64,000 nucleotides of DNA from an archaeon (GCA_041659525.1 JBAZYC010000001.1:725554-789553), one strand, 5' to 3'; counted from the stretch's first letter, positions 7,946 through 18,280 are shown. Program-made: numbers and translations. Notes: a model not told the origin generated them from the sequence alone.

Positions 7946-9262
7946 TTAGTTTCCGCAGTAAAATGTTGCTGTTAAGGTACCTTCTCGAGGCAGATTATTT
8001 AGACTGTTATCAGAATAATAAATAACATTTCCTGCCACCATTCCACCCATGCAATTTTCGTCAGAGAAAATGGAATCTTTTGCAAGACAAGAAATAAATC
8101 TACACTTTCTAGTATCACTACCTACTATCCAATGAATTAGTGTGCTTCCCATCATATTGGGGTGAAGACCATCTTTGTAACTTAAAGTTAAAACAAATGT
8201 ATTCTCATCTATTTTTTCCTGATTAGTTGTTGCGACAAAATCTAAGGGGGCATTCAAATCAGAAAATTGTTGACTATGCCCATTCGTTGTCACAATGGAT
8301 AATATCGCTGAGCTATACGGTGTTTTTTGTAAATAACAATAGTTTGAATCTGTCGGAATTGGAAATTTATTCAAATTTCTGTCATAGGATGAAAAATAGT
8401 CACAACTTGTACTTGTCATAGACCCATTGTTTGACACAACAGCATCTTTTGGGGATTGTAAAACAATATTATTAAGCAACTGAAAATTAATGTCATATAC
8501 TGCATTATAACTAACTTTATCCAATGTGAGAGGAGCTTGATAATTTTGGTCGACAGCATAAAACACGCCTATTTCATAATCAGTGCTTATTACATTGAGA
8601 CTTACGGACGGAAATATAAAAAAGAAAAGTAATATTGATATTACAAAAGAGCCAATAAAGGTTAATCCTGCTGTGAAAAGTAATTTTTTGTGGAAGGTGT
8701 TTTTTATTTTTGGGAAATACATAAGCCCTAGGAAAAAAGCTAGAAGACCTAAACCGACTGCCATATAAAAAACAGCGGTTAGCAATAGAGACGGCAAATA
8801 ATAGGAGACATTACTTCTAAAGATATTTATAAAACCAAACAATCCAAATGCAAAACCCAAAACAACAACTAAACTCGCCCCTATCCAAATAAGTAATTGT
8901 TTAGCATCTCTTTTATTACCAATTAGAAATACTAACAACCAAATAAAAACAAAATGAAGTACAACATACAAAGCTGAGGTTGTACTAAATAACAATTTTA
9001 CCTCCTCCAGATTTCCAATTAATCCTTTTAGTACTAATGAACTACCAAATGCCAAAAAGTAAGTTATAATTGTAAGTAAAATTGCTGGGAGTAATGCTTT
9101 GTTTAATAAGTTACTAATGGTAAACAAATCTTTGCCCTTTAAACCCAAAAATACCCAGCTATACCAAACAATAAATACAATTAACGAAACGACAAGTACT
9201 ATTTCAGGAATTGGGGCGAAGAAACTAATTGCATAAGCCATTAAGTCGTCTGCGAAACTCAT
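7946..9262 (-). CDS. Hypothetical membrane protein with ~6 TM helices and a Cys-containing extracellular C-terminal domain
   Basis: Hydrophobic N-terminal half; S/T/N-rich C-terminal half. Confidence 0.7.
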   Translation of the reverse strand: MSFADDLMAYAISFFAPIPEIVLVVSLIVFIVWYSWVFLGLKGKDLFTISNLLNKALLPAILLTIITYFLAFGSSLVLKGLIGNLEEVKLLFSTTSALYVVLHFVFIWLLVFLIGNKRDAKQLLIWIGASLVVVLGFAFGLFGFINIFRSNVSYYLPSLLLTAVFYMAVGLGLLAFFLGLMYFPKIKNTFHKKLLFTAGLTFIGSFVISILLFFFIFPSVSLNVISTDYEIGVFYAVDQNYQAPLTLDKVSYNAVYDINFQLLNNIVLQSPKDAVVSNNGSMTSTSCDYFSSYDRNLNKFPIPTDSNYCYLQKTPYSSAILSIVTTNGHSQQFSDLNAPLDFVATTNQEKIDENTFVLTLSYKDGLHPNMMGSTLIHWIVGSDTRKCRFISCLAKDSIFSDENCMGGMVAGNVIYYSDNSLNNLPREGTLTATFYCGN

Positions 9263-9394
9263 ATATTGAGATAGATTGGAATAGTTTAAGAACAATTATG
9301 TTTAATTATTTTGCTATAATCTAATTGTTGAACCCAATATCTTTATTTTACTTTTAATGAGAACTAGTTTTCCTTCTTTTCTTTTAAAATTAGT

Positions 9395-10579
9395 TTATTC
9401 TTTTTCTTTAACGAATTTTAGCATTATTATTGCAACTATGGTTAATCCTAGTGATAAAATAAATGGGGTTGTTTTTCCCATGGTGTCCCAAAGAATTCCT
9501 GCTATTAAAGAAGCAGGAAGTGCGCATAGGCCTATTACCATTTGGTAGCCTCCTAGTGCGCTTGCTCTGAATTTCTTTGGAGCGAGTTCTGAAACAAAAG
9601 TTGCTTGGATTGGGCCTAGTGCGGCGTGGTGGAGTCCGTAGAATACAAATGTTAGTAAAATCGCCCACCATGCGTTTGATGAAATAAATATTATGCAAGT
9701 AATTGCCCAAAAGAGTAGGGCTATGTACATTACTTTTTTTCGCCCAATTTTGTCAGCGAGTTTTCCAAATGGAAGAGAAAAAGTTGCTGCGAGAACTACA
9801 TAAACTAAATAAAGAATTGGGATGAAAGTTAATTCGTATCCTGTTTTACTTGCGAATACTAAAAGGAATGAATAACTAAATGAACCTAGTGCAAATACTG
9901 CGCTTAGTGCGAGGAACAGTTTGTAATTATTACTAAGGTTTTTGAATTTTATTCCTTTGTAGAGTTTTATTTTATCATTCTTTTTTTCTTTTATTATAAA
10001 ATAAACTAGTGCTGCACTTATTACTGATGGGATTGCTGCGAGCATAAAAAAAGTGGTGTAACCAAAATAGTTTATTAAAAAAATACATAAGAGTATTCCA
10101 AATACTCCTCCTAATTTGTCAAGTCCTTTTATTAATCCAAAATTGTGTCCTCTATTTTTGTCAGTAGAGTGATCTGCCACAAGTGCGTCTCTTGGAGCGT
10201 CACGAATTTTTCCTGCTCTATCAATTATTCTAAATGGAATAATCATTGGCCAACTTGTGGAAATAGCATACCCAATTCTTGAGATTGCTCCTATTAAGTA
10301 ACCTAACCAAATGAATACTTTTCTTTTTCGTAATCTATCAGAAGCATATCCGCTTGCGGCTTGCGAGAGTGAAACTAGCGCATCTCCTAGTCCATCAACT
10401 AGTCCAAGTACGGACATGTTTGCGCCTAGAACGGTTGTAAGAAAGAGAGGCCAAATAGGGTAAATCATGTTCGCCCCAAAATCGTTTAAGAGAGAAGCAA
10501 TTCCAAAAGTCCAAACGGTTTTTTTGCTTTCGGAAAGAATTTTAGGGTTTTTTCGGGTTAAATTTTTTTTCTTTTGCAT
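9395..10579 (-). CDS. MFS transporter
   Basis: GYASDRLRKRK and GKLADKIGRK motif A, 12 TM pattern. Confidence 0.93.
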   Translation of the reverse strand: MQKKKNLTRKNPKILSESKKTVWTFGIASLLNDFGANMIYPIWPLFLTTVLGANMSVLGLVDGLGDALVSLSQAASGYASDRLRKRKVFIWLGYLIGAISRIGYAISTSWPMIIPFRIIDRAGKIRDAPRDALVADHSTDKNRGHNFGLIKGLDKLGGVFGILLCIFLINYFGYTTFFMLAAIPSVISAALVYFIIKEKKNDKIKLYKGIKFKNLSNNYKLFLALSAVFALGSFSYSFLLVFASKTGYELTFIPILYLVYVVLAATFSLPFGKLADKIGRKKVMYIALLFWAITCIIFISSNAWWAILLTFVFYGLHHAALGPIQATFVSELAPKKFRASALGGYQMVIGLCALPASLIAGILWDTMGKTTPFILSLGLTIVAIIMLKFVKEKE

Positions 10580-10648
10580 AATAGGACTAAGATGAGTTAA
10601 GGGGTTATTAATTTGTTGGTTAAGAAAAGAATTTGTTAAATAACAAAA

Positions 10649-11488
10649 TTAAGGGTGTGGTTTTTTTAATTGTAATTTTATTTCTGCTTGAACATCTTTG
10701 AAATATGCTCTCCAATAAGAATCATTGAGAACTTGTGAGAGATTGAATTGATATTCTTCAACTTCTCCACTTAACTGATTTCTAGCTACTATAGTTTCTC
10801 TTGCTCCGTGTGGCTCAACTGCTTCAGGAAATCCTCTTTCTGGACTTTTTTCTAATAAAATAAAGAGATGGACTTTTGAGTTTGGAAAAGCCTTTTCTAG
10901 TGCTGATTTAAAATAATATGATTGACTTTTTTGATTTGAGAAGTCTTCTATGATTACAATATTTTCTTTGTTTTTAAGAGAACCATAAGCAGGACTTGCC
11001 CGTATGTACTCTGCAAGTGCACTTGATCCTTTATCGAAAGCGAGTTCGTATTCTTTTCCTTTATTTCCCTGAAGTAATATATTTCCAAATAAGAATGATT
11101 CTGTAGTTCTTCTAGTTCCAGGTTTAGCTTTCATACAAACAGCTTGAGGAAGTTTTTGTCCAAGTTGCCAGCAAGCGGTTCGAACTAATCTTTCTGCCAT
11201 TAATCCTTTTCGTCCCACTGCAAAAATAGCTGAATTGGGGTTTGATTTAAAAATTTTAATAACTGGGCGAGCAACATTAATAGAAGCGGTTGCAGCAAAT
11301 TGTACTTGGTGTTGTTTCCAATATTGGGTCCCTGGTTGGCGTATTGTTTTTAGAAGGCCTCTTACCCGTTTTCTCCACATGCTTTTTAGACCTTTTTTCC
11401 AAACTTTTGTCTGGCTTCGTTTCCTTTCAGATAAACTGAGTTCAGACGGAGCACTTGTTACTCCAATTATTTTTGAACGGGTCTTCAT
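10649..11488 (-). CDS. Hypothetical protein with basic N-terminus and possible degenerate PRTase-like fold
   Basis: Long ORF; AVGRKG and IVIIEDF segments resemble type I PRTase loops. Confidence 0.55.
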   Translation of the reverse strand: MKTRSKIIGVTSAPSELSLSERKRSQTKVWKKGLKSMWRKRVRGLLKTIRQPGTQYWKQHQVQFAATASINVARPVIKIFKSNPNSAIFAVGRKGLMAERLVRTACWQLGQKLPQAVCMKAKPGTRRTTESFLFGNILLQGNKGKEYELAFDKGSSALAEYIRASPAYGSLKNKENIVIIEDFSNQKSQSYYFKSALEKAFPNSKVHLFILLEKSPERGFPEAVEPHGARETIVARNQLSGEVEEYQFNLSQVLNDSYWRAYFKDVQAEIKLQLKKPHP

Positions 11489-11548
11489 AAGATTATAAGT
11501 GAATTTTCAGACTAATAAATATTAGCTTTGTTAAAAAAAGAGTTAAAT

Positions 11549-12595
11549 TTATTTTACTTCAATTAATTCATATTTTTGACTTCCTAGCCCTATTTTTTCT
11601 GCGTGTTCAAGTACGTGGTCTCCGCCAAACATTTGTTTCTTCTCGTTTTTTCTTAAAAGATCTAAGCAGGCTTTATCTAAAGCAACTGGGTCAGTGGAAG
11701 CTAGTACTCCAATATCTTTTGCAATTGTTTGTTGTTCGCGTCCGTCACAGTCACAATTTTTTGTAATATTGAATACAAAGTTAAGGTAAATTACTTTTTT
11801 TCCTTTCTGTGCAGCGTAAGCGTGTTCTGCTAGTTTTTCAACAAATTCTCCTGGGCTAGTGCTTGCCCAATTAACGTGTACTGCCCCATATGGGCAAACC
11901 GCAATGCATTTTGCGCAGCCAATGCAAAGCGAGTAATCAATGTGAGGAACTAGCGTATCTATTATGCATGCTTCTGTTGGACAATTGTTTAAGCATGTGT
12001 GGCACTTTTTGCATTGAAGAGGATTGATTAGTGGTTTTGATTGGGCATGCATTGCAAGTTTTCCTCCGCGAGCAGCGCACCCCATTGAGAGTTGTTTTAT
12101 TGCGCCCCCAAATCCTGCGAGCATGTGTCCCTTAAAGTGAGCAAGAACAATTAGTTGTTTAGCCTGTGCAATTTCTTTTCCTATTTTGCATTCCTTGAAA
12201 TGCTTTGGTTTTGCGTCTTGGATGTTAACATTTTCATAAGCTTCCCCCATCTCTCCGTCAGCAATTACTATTGGGAGTTGAGTAAATCCATGTTCTTTTG
12301 CAAGAGCTAAGTGACTTTCTCTTGTTGTTCTTCTTCCTCGGTAAAGAACATTTGTTTCAATATAAGCTGCGTTTGCTTTATTTTCTTTTAAATAATTTAT
12401 TATTCCTTCAAAATTCTTTGATTCTATGTAAGTAATATTTTTTGCTTCTCCAAAGTGGACTTTTAGTGGAACTCTTTCTTTAAAATCAAGCATTTTGTTT
12501 TCTTCGTTAATTTTTTTTAAGAGTTCGCCAGCAGATTTACTTATTTCTCCAGTTTTTAAGTAGGAATCAATTGGCTTGAAATAAACTTTTGACAT
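11549..12595 (-). CDS. DUF362 family protein with 2x[4Fe-4S] ferredoxin domain
   Basis: KVHFGE, HFKGH...GFGGAIKQLSMG, CKKCHTCLNNCP, CIGCAKCIAVCP, CDC, DPVALD. Confidence 0.9.
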   Translation of the reverse strand: MSKVYFKPIDSYLKTGEISKSAGELLKKINEENKMLDFKERVPLKVHFGEAKNITYIESKNFEGIINYLKENKANAAYIETNVLYRGRRTTRESHLALAKEHGFTQLPIVIADGEMGEAYENVNIQDAKPKHFKECKIGKEIAQAKQLIVLAHFKGHMLAGFGGAIKQLSMGCAARGGKLAMHAQSKPLINPLQCKKCHTCLNNCPTEACIIDTLVPHIDYSLCIGCAKCIAVCPYGAVHVNWASTSPGEFVEKLAEHAYAAQKGKKVIYLNFVFNITKNCDCDGREQQTIAKDIGVLASTDPVALDKACLDLLRKNEKKQMFGGDHVLEHAEKIGLGSQKYELIEVK

Positions 12596-12658
12596 TTTTC
12601 ATCTACCTTTATTTGTTTTTAATTTTTTTTGGTTTTTTAAAACTTTATTTTTCAAATT

Positions 12659-13381
12659 TTATTTTTGCTCTTTTTTGTATTCTTTGTAAGAATATATTAT
12701 GAGTCCAATTGAGCCTATTATTAGTGGCACTAAAAGCAGAATTATAAAATAATTTGGGAGAATTATTCCAAATATGCAGAGTATTGCCGTTCCTTTGAAT
12801 AGTTTTTCTCCAAGTTTGTGTGTTTTATCCCAAACCGTATCACTGCTTAGTGTCCAAGGGGTTCTTATTCCAATAAAATAATTTCTCTTAGCTTTTCCGA
12901 TTAAATTTCCTACTGAATAAAATAGTGCAGCAAATGCAGGACTAAATAAAACCCCTATTTGTAAAGGGATTCCTAAATTTAGTAAAATTACTATTATTTG
13001 TATGTAAAGCATGAATCCTGAAAATACTGCAATAAACTTTTGGTATTCTTCTTGGATGCTTTCCATATTTTTTCTAAAAGGATCTAGTTTTGGTAGGTAA
13101 TACAAAACCGCAATTATAATTGTCATTAATACTGGGATTATTGCTAAACCCATTTCTTTTGAAGAGAATCCATTTGCTTCTCCATTTAGCCCCCAATGTG
13201 TAATCATTGTAGGGGGGAGCAAGTTGTAAGAGAAAGCGCTTATGAAAAATGCGAATAATATGCAAAGGTAAATAATTACTAGATTAGGGTTTATTGTTCT
13301 TTGACCTGGAGTGGCCTGCTTTGCTTGTTTTGCCTGCTTCTTCTGTATTGCTTGGCTTACGCGAGTTGTTTGGCTTTTCAT
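12659..13381 (-). CDS. SdpI/DUF1648 family membrane immunity-like protein
   Basis: THWGLNGEANG (DUF1648) and NYFIGIRTPWTLSSDTVWDKTH (SdpI). Confidence 0.9.
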   Translation of the reverse strand: MKSQTTRVSQAIQKKQAKQAKQATPGQRTINPNLVIIYLCILFAFFISAFSYNLLPPTMITHWGLNGEANGFSSKEMGLAIIPVLMTIIIAVLYYLPKLDPFRKNMESIQEEYQKFIAVFSGFMLYIQIIVILLNLGIPLQIGVLFSPAFAALFYSVGNLIGKAKRNYFIGIRTPWTLSSDTVWDKTHKLGEKLFKGTAILCIFGIILPNYFIILLLVPLIIGSIGLIIYSYKEYKKEQK

Positions 13382-13472
13382 ACTAACTCTTTAATTCTTA
13401 AAGTTTTTAAGGAAGTCGCAAACCAAATGAATTAGGAAGTTTTTTATTTGCTTGATTCTTCTATTGGTTAGT

Positions 13473-13976
13473 ATGTATCCTGAAATGAAGTCAAAAAAGA
13501 GTGCAAAACCGCTTGCTAATTCTAGTGAAGAGAAGAACAATAGAGAGATTGTGGGTTTAGTTGTTTTTGATGGGGAAAAGTTCTTGTTAATGCATAGAGT
13601 GCTGAATTGGAAGGGTTGGGAATTTCCTAAAGGCCACCTAAAAGAAGGGGAATCCTATAACACCGCAATTGGCAGAGAACTATTTGAAGAAACGAGCATA
13701 AAAAAATTTGAAGTAGTTGAAAGCATTGATGAACTTGAGTATTATAATGATTCTAGAAAAATTAATAGTCATATAAAAAATTTTTTAGTTAGAGTTTCTA
13801 GTAATAATAAAATTAGTTTTGAGAATCAATCAATTAAAGATGGGAAGAAAGTTATTGAACATGATGATTTTAGATGGTGCTTTCCTGGAGAAGCCGTAAA
13901 AAAGCTTACTCACAAGAATATGAAAGAAACAATGAAGAAAGCCATTGCAATGCTTGGGCTTGACTTCGAAAAGTGA
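13473..13976 (+). CDS. NUDIX hydrolase (Ap4A hydrolase-like)
   Basis: WEFPKGHLKEGES...AIGRELFEET Nudix box, EHDDFRW. Confidence 0.9.
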   Translation: MYPEMKSKKSAKPLANSSEEKNNREIVGLVVFDGEKFLLMHRVLNWKGWEFPKGHLKEGESYNTAIGRELFEETSIKKFEVVESIDELEYYNDSRKINSHIKNFLVRVSSNNKISFENQSIKDGKKVIEHDDFRWCFPGEAVKKLTHKNMKETMKKAIAMLGLDFEK

Positions 13977-14044
13977 AATTTAGTTAATTACATTTGTTCG
14001 GCACTCAAAATCCTGGACATATTTTACAATTATTTGGTGAAAAA

Positions 14045-14239
14045 ATGGATTTATTTGGAAAAAAAGAAGAGGAAAAAAAAGAAAGTACTTCAGAAGAAAG
14101 TTCTGATTCAACTGAAGGTAAATACCAAGAAGCTTGTTCTTTGTGTGGTAAAGCTCCAACTGATAAAAAGTGGGGCGGACAATTCTTTCATCGCAAGTGT
14201 TATAGAAAATTGAAGAAGGGAGCTAGGGGAATGATTTAG
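14045..14239 (+). CDS. Small putative zinc-finger protein
   Basis: SD GGTGA before ATG 14045; CSLC...HRKC. Confidence 0.65.
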   Translation: MDLFGKKEEEKKESTSEESSDSTEGKYQEACSLCGKAPTDKKWGGQFFHRKCYRKLKKGARGMI

Positions 14240-14508
14240 AGTGACTTCATTCCTATTATGACGAGTCCGTATTTTTCTAGTTCTTCTTTTGTATGGATTT
14301 TTTCCATTCCTTTTGTATTTGTGATGTAAGTAACTTGTTTTTTTATTTCTCTGCCAGTATAGTTTTTATTTTTTGGGTTCCATTCGCGGAGCAGAATTAA
14401 ATCTCCTTCTTTTATTTCGAAATCTGCAAGTCTTACTTCAAAGTTTTTTGTTCCCATAAGCACTTTTTCGAAATATTCAGGCCAAATTTTTTTTTCTATT
14501 AAATTCAT
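14236..14508 (-). CDS. ASCH/PUA-like (DUF3850) protein
   Basis: KIWPEYFEKVLMGTKNFEVR...GDLILLREW...YTGRE. Confidence 0.88.
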   Translation of the reverse strand: MNLIEKKIWPEYFEKVLMGTKNFEVRLADFEIKEGDLILLREWNPKNKNYTGREIKKQVTYITNTKGMEKIHTKEELEKYGLVIIGMKSL

Positions 14509-14526
14509 TTATTCACTTTCTTTGGA

Positions 14527-16410
14527 TTATTTTTTTTGTATTTCTTTTCTTAATATTTCGCTGAGTACTTTTCCATCTACTCCTTTGAGAGACTCTTCTC
14601 GCATAATGTCTCCCATTAAGGGTCCAATTGCACCCATTCCTTTTGCTTTTACAATACTTGAATTTTTTAGTATAATTTCTTTTATTTTGCTTTCAATTAT
14701 TTTTGTATCTACACTTTGAATTTGTTTTGCTAATATTTCTGAAATTGTTTTTCCTTTCGAGATTGCTTCAACCGCTTCGCCTAAATTGTTTTTTGATATT
14801 TTTCCTTTGCTTTCTAGTATTAGTAATTCTCTTAGTTCTTCACGAGCAACTTTTTCAACTTCTACCCCATTTCTCTTTAATTCAGTTAGGGTTTGAAGTA
14901 ATAATCCTGCAGCAACTTTTGCCTGTGCGCCAAGTGCTACAGTTTCTTCAAAAAATCTTGCAAAATTATTTAGTTTCATCTCTTCAACATGATTTGTACT
15001 TAAACCCATTTTTGCATATGCTTTTTCTCTCTCACTAACGTTTTTTGGAAGTCCTTTTTCTAAAACTAGTAAGTATTTTGAGTTTATTTCTTTGAATGGA
15101 ATATCCGTTTCTGGATACATTCTTGCTTCTCCAGCAATTGGTCTTTGGTATTCACTACTTCCATCTTCTAGTGCCCCTCGTGTTTCCATAGGAACTCTTT
15201 CAAACGCAACAAGTATTCTTCCTTTTATTGCTTCAAATGCTTTTAATGCATTTTCTTTTTGTGCAACAATTAAAACAAAATTGTCTTCATTAGTACATTT
15301 GAGTGCTTTGCAAACATCTTCTACTTCGTTTTGTGTTATTCCGTAATTTGGTAATTCGTCTCGGTGAAGTAATCCGCTTACTCCAGTTGCTTTTGCATAA
15401 TTAGATAATTCACTTCCAAATCTCTTTGCTCCGATTTTTTCTCCCAAACTTCCTTTCAGGTTATTTAGTTTCATTGCAAAAATTGTTTTTCCTTTCACAA
15501 ATTTTGCTGCACTATTTGTAAATACATTTGTTAATTCAGTACTTTCAGAAAATAGTTCTTGTTTGTTTTTTAATTTTCCAAATTTTTCATTTAATTTTTC
15601 TTTTAAATTTAAAAGATCTAATTGTCTTTCAGCTTCTTTCTCAACAACCGTTCCAATCATCTCTAGTTCTTGGCATCCTTTTATTTCGCATCTTGATCCT
15701 TGTGCAATTGAAACATTTACATCCTGTCTAATAGTTCCTTTTCCTCTTTTTGTTCTTCCTGTTAATCTCATTACTTCCCCAATTTTTCCAGCAGTTGCAA
15801 TAGCTTCCGCGGGTGTTCTAATATCAGGATCAGTTGCAAGTTCAATTAGTGGTATTCCTAATCTGTCAAGGTTGTAGTATACTTTTCCATCCTCTTTTTT
15901 TATTGGTCTTGCAGCATCCTCTTCAAGTACAATTGTTTGCACTCCAATTTTTTTTGCTTTTCCTTCGCTTGTTTTTATTTCAAAGCTTCCACCAAGTGAA
16001 ACAAGTGAGGTTCTCTGAAATGCACTTGTGTTTGAACCATCTATTACAGTTTTTCTCATAGTGATTAATTTGCTCACTGGTTTTGAATTACAAAGTAAAG
16101 CTACTTCAAGAACCGTTTTTAGTGCCTCTTCATCCATTGGTTGTGGAGGTTCTTCATCGAGTTCAATTAGTGAAATGTTTTCTTTTTTTCCAGAGTAATA
16201 AAATGTTTCATTTCTTTTGAAAGCATCAATAGCAGTTTTATCATATTCTCCCAGTTCACTAGCAACGGGCCTAAGTTTTCTTTCAACAGTAAAATCAATT
16301 TCATCAGTTAGGATACTGGGAGTTCTAATAAACAATTTTCCAGTATCTAATTGTTGGTGTACTTCTAGTCCGCATTTGAGTCCTAGTTTTTCAAAATCTG
16401 CTTTTTGCAT
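14527..16410 (-). CDS. gatE: Glu-tRNA(Gln) amidotransferase subunit E
   Basis: GLKCGLEVHQQLDT, DEEPP, MRKTVIDGSNTSAFQRT, LDRLGIPLIE, TIRQDVNVSI, ARMYPETD. Confidence 0.97.
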   Translation of the reverse strand: MQKADFEKLGLKCGLEVHQQLDTGKLFIRTPSILTDEIDFTVERKLRPVASELGEYDKTAIDAFKRNETFYYSGKKENISLIELDEEPPQPMDEEALKTVLEVALLCNSKPVSKLITMRKTVIDGSNTSAFQRTSLVSLGGSFEIKTSEGKAKKIGVQTIVLEEDAARPIKKEDGKVYYNLDRLGIPLIELATDPDIRTPAEAIATAGKIGEVMRLTGRTKRGKGTIRQDVNVSIAQGSRCEIKGCQELEMIGTVVEKEAERQLDLLNLKEKLNEKFGKLKNKQELFSESTELTNVFTNSAAKFVKGKTIFAMKLNNLKGSLGEKIGAKRFGSELSNYAKATGVSGLLHRDELPNYGITQNEVEDVCKALKCTNEDNFVLIVAQKENALKAFEAIKGRILVAFERVPMETRGALEDGSSEYQRPIAGEARMYPETDIPFKEINSKYLLVLEKGLPKNVSEREKAYAKMGLSTNHVEEMKLNNFARFFEETVALGAQAKVAAGLLLQTLTELKRNGVEVEKVAREELRELLILESKGKISKNNLGEAVEAISKGKTISEILAKQIQSVDTKIIESKIKEIILKNSSIVKAKGMGAIGPLMGDIMREESLKGVDGKVLSEILRKEIQKK

Positions 16411-16497
16411 AACATAAAGTTAGTGGGAAAGATTAAAAAAAGCCCTTTTTGTTCCAAACTCGGGGGGTATTTATTTTTTTTGGATGCCAATTATTGT

Positions 16498-17757
16498 ATG
16501 GTTAGTGTAATTAATGTTGCTCTTGTGGGCTTAGGTACAATAGGTTCAGGAGTAGTTGAGATTTTGCTAAATAATTCTAAATTAATTGAAAAGAGGACTG
16601 GGGTAAAAATTGTTCTAAAAAATGTTTGCGATTTGGATGAGAAAAGAGCGCTTTCTCTTGGCGTTGAAAAGATTTTGATTAAGGATTATAAAAAAATCTT
16701 GGCTGATAAAGAGATTGATGTAATTGTTGAATTAATTGGGGGGTACGAGCCCGCTCACACAATTATTGTAGATTCTCTTAATTCAGGCAAACACGTTGTT
16801 ACTGCAAACAAAGCAGTGATTGCAAAGTATGGTTATGAATTATTTGAATTAGCCCAAAAGAATAAAGTAAATTTTTTGTTCGAAGCCTCTGTTGGAGGGT
16901 GTATTCCAATTATTCGAACAATTGAAGAGAGTTATTCTTCAGATAATATTGAAAGTATTTATGGGATACTAAATGGAACTACTAATTTTATTCTTACAAA
17001 AATGAATGAAGGATTAAGTTATGAGAGTGCGTTAAAGAAAGCACAAGAATTAGGTTTTGCAGAAGCGAATCCTTCTTTTGATGTAGATGGTTTTGATGCT
17101 GCTCAAAAACTTTTTATTTTAGCTTCCCTTGCTTTTGATGCAAAAATTTCTCAAAGTGCTTTTACAGAAGGTATAACAAAAATAACTTCTTCTGATTTAG
17201 AATATGCTTCAAAGATTGGTTATACTATTAAACTTCTTGCAGTGGCAAAAAAAACTAAAGAAGGAATTTCTCTTAGAGTTCATCCCGCATTAATTTCAAA
17301 AAATCATGTTTTTGCAAATGTTTCAAATGAAGTGAACGCAGTTCTTCTTTCAGCAAAACATGTTGGAGAAATATTTCTCTCAGGTAAGGGGGCAGGAAAA
17401 CTTCCTACAGCAACTGTAGTAGTTACTGATATTATTGAACTTGCTTCAAGAACTAGGGTTACTCAGCGTTACTTTGATGAAGTAAAAGTAATTCCTTTTT
17501 CGGAGAATGTTTCAAGATTTTTTATGAGATTTGTTATTGCTGATAAACCTGGGGTTCTTGCAACTATTACAAAAGTTCTTGGAGATGAAGGGATTTCAAT
17601 TGAATCTCTTGATCAAAAGAAATCAAGTGCTGATTCTGTCAGAGTAATGTTAATTACTCATCCTGCTAAAGAAGTTCAAATAGCCTCTGCTCTTAATGAA
17701 GCTAAAAAGCTTTCAAGCGTTAGTGAAATATCTTTAATTAGAGTGGAAGATTTTTAA
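16498..17757 (+). CDS. hom: Homoserine dehydrogenase with C-terminal ACT domain
   Basis: GLGTIGSG, VVTANKA, FEASVGGCIP, GILNGTTN, GFAEANPSFDVDG, GKGAG, DKPGVLA. Confidence 0.95.
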   Translation: MVSVINVALVGLGTIGSGVVEILLNNSKLIEKRTGVKIVLKNVCDLDEKRALSLGVEKILIKDYKKILADKEIDVIVELIGGYEPAHTIIVDSLNSGKHVVTANKAVIAKYGYELFELAQKNKVNFLFEASVGGCIPIIRTIEESYSSDNIESIYGILNGTTNFILTKMNEGLSYESALKKAQELGFAEANPSFDVDGFDAAQKLFILASLAFDAKISQSAFTEGITKITSSDLEYASKIGYTIKLLAVAKKTKEGISLRVHPALISKNHVFANVSNEVNAVLLSAKHVGEIFLSGKGAGKLPTATVVVTDIIELASRTRVTQRYFDEVKVIPFSENVSRFFMRFVIADKPGVLATITKVLGDEGISIESLDQKKSSADSVRVMLITHPAKEVQIASALNEAKKLSSVSEISLIRVEDF

Positions 17758-17768
17758 AAAAAGTTTTT

Positions 17769-17793
17769 TTCTTGCCAAAAAAGTAGGCAAGAA
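17769..17793. terminator. Hairpin between convergent hom and the Tyr-rich gene
   Basis: ttcttgcc-N9-ggcaagaa with T-rich tracts nearby on both strands. Confidence 0.55.
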
Positions 17794-17831
17794 ATTAAAT
17801 AAAATTATTTTTTTAGTTTACAATTTTTTTG

Positions 17832-18185
17832 TTAGCAATAACCGTAGTATCCGCAAACGCTTCCTCTTCCTATTGAGATTCCCCATCCATTACTTCCTGA
17901 GTAGATACTCATGTTAGTGTATCCGCCTGTTGGATAGTAAGTTGGCACTGGTACATATGCTGGATAAGCGTATGTTGGATAAACGTAGGTAGGGTAGCTT
18001 CTATAGTAAGTTGTACTATATGCGTATCCTGGTGTTGTGTAAACAGTGTATGCTGGAGTGGGCATGTAAACAGGAGAGTAGTAGTTGTCTGTGTAGTAGT
18101 ATCTGTTGAATCCTGTGTAAGCCATTGCTCCGCTGGCAACAAAAATTAATGCAACTAATAGTCCTAATAGATAAATTGCTTTCAT
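17832..18185 (-). CDS. Small secreted Tyr/Pro/Thr-rich protein
   Basis: SD AAGGTGAG, signal peptide ending AMA, YPTY/YPAY repeats, C-terminal CGYYGYC. Confidence 0.8.
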   Translation of the reverse strand: MKAIYLLGLLVALIFVASGAMAYTGFNRYYYTDNYYSPVYMPTPAYTVYTTPGYAYSTTYYRSYPTYVYPTYAYPAYVPVPTYYPTGGYTNMSIYSGSNGWGISIGRGSVCGYYGYC

Positions 18186-18280
18186 ATGCTCACCTTCGTA
18201 TATATTGCTGCAAACCTTATTTATATACCTTTCGTTAACGTTAACCAGTTAATTAGGGGGGCTTTTTGAAGAGTTGGTTT

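Noticed and set aside
7227..9300. Integrated element at tRNA-Gln (two orphan membrane genes)
   Set aside because: No integrase and no duplicated tRNA 3' end found by eye
13310..13345. QAK tripeptide repeat at the SdpI N-terminus as another fold-back array
   Set aside because: Simple 9-bp direct repeat without inverted symmetry
14522..16417. Several short + strand ORFs inside gatE (and similar shadow ORFs at 4858, 9408, 11235, 17909, 41262, 53725, 55238, 57044, 61557, 63281)
   Set aside because: Antisense or alternate-frame shadows of well-supported genes
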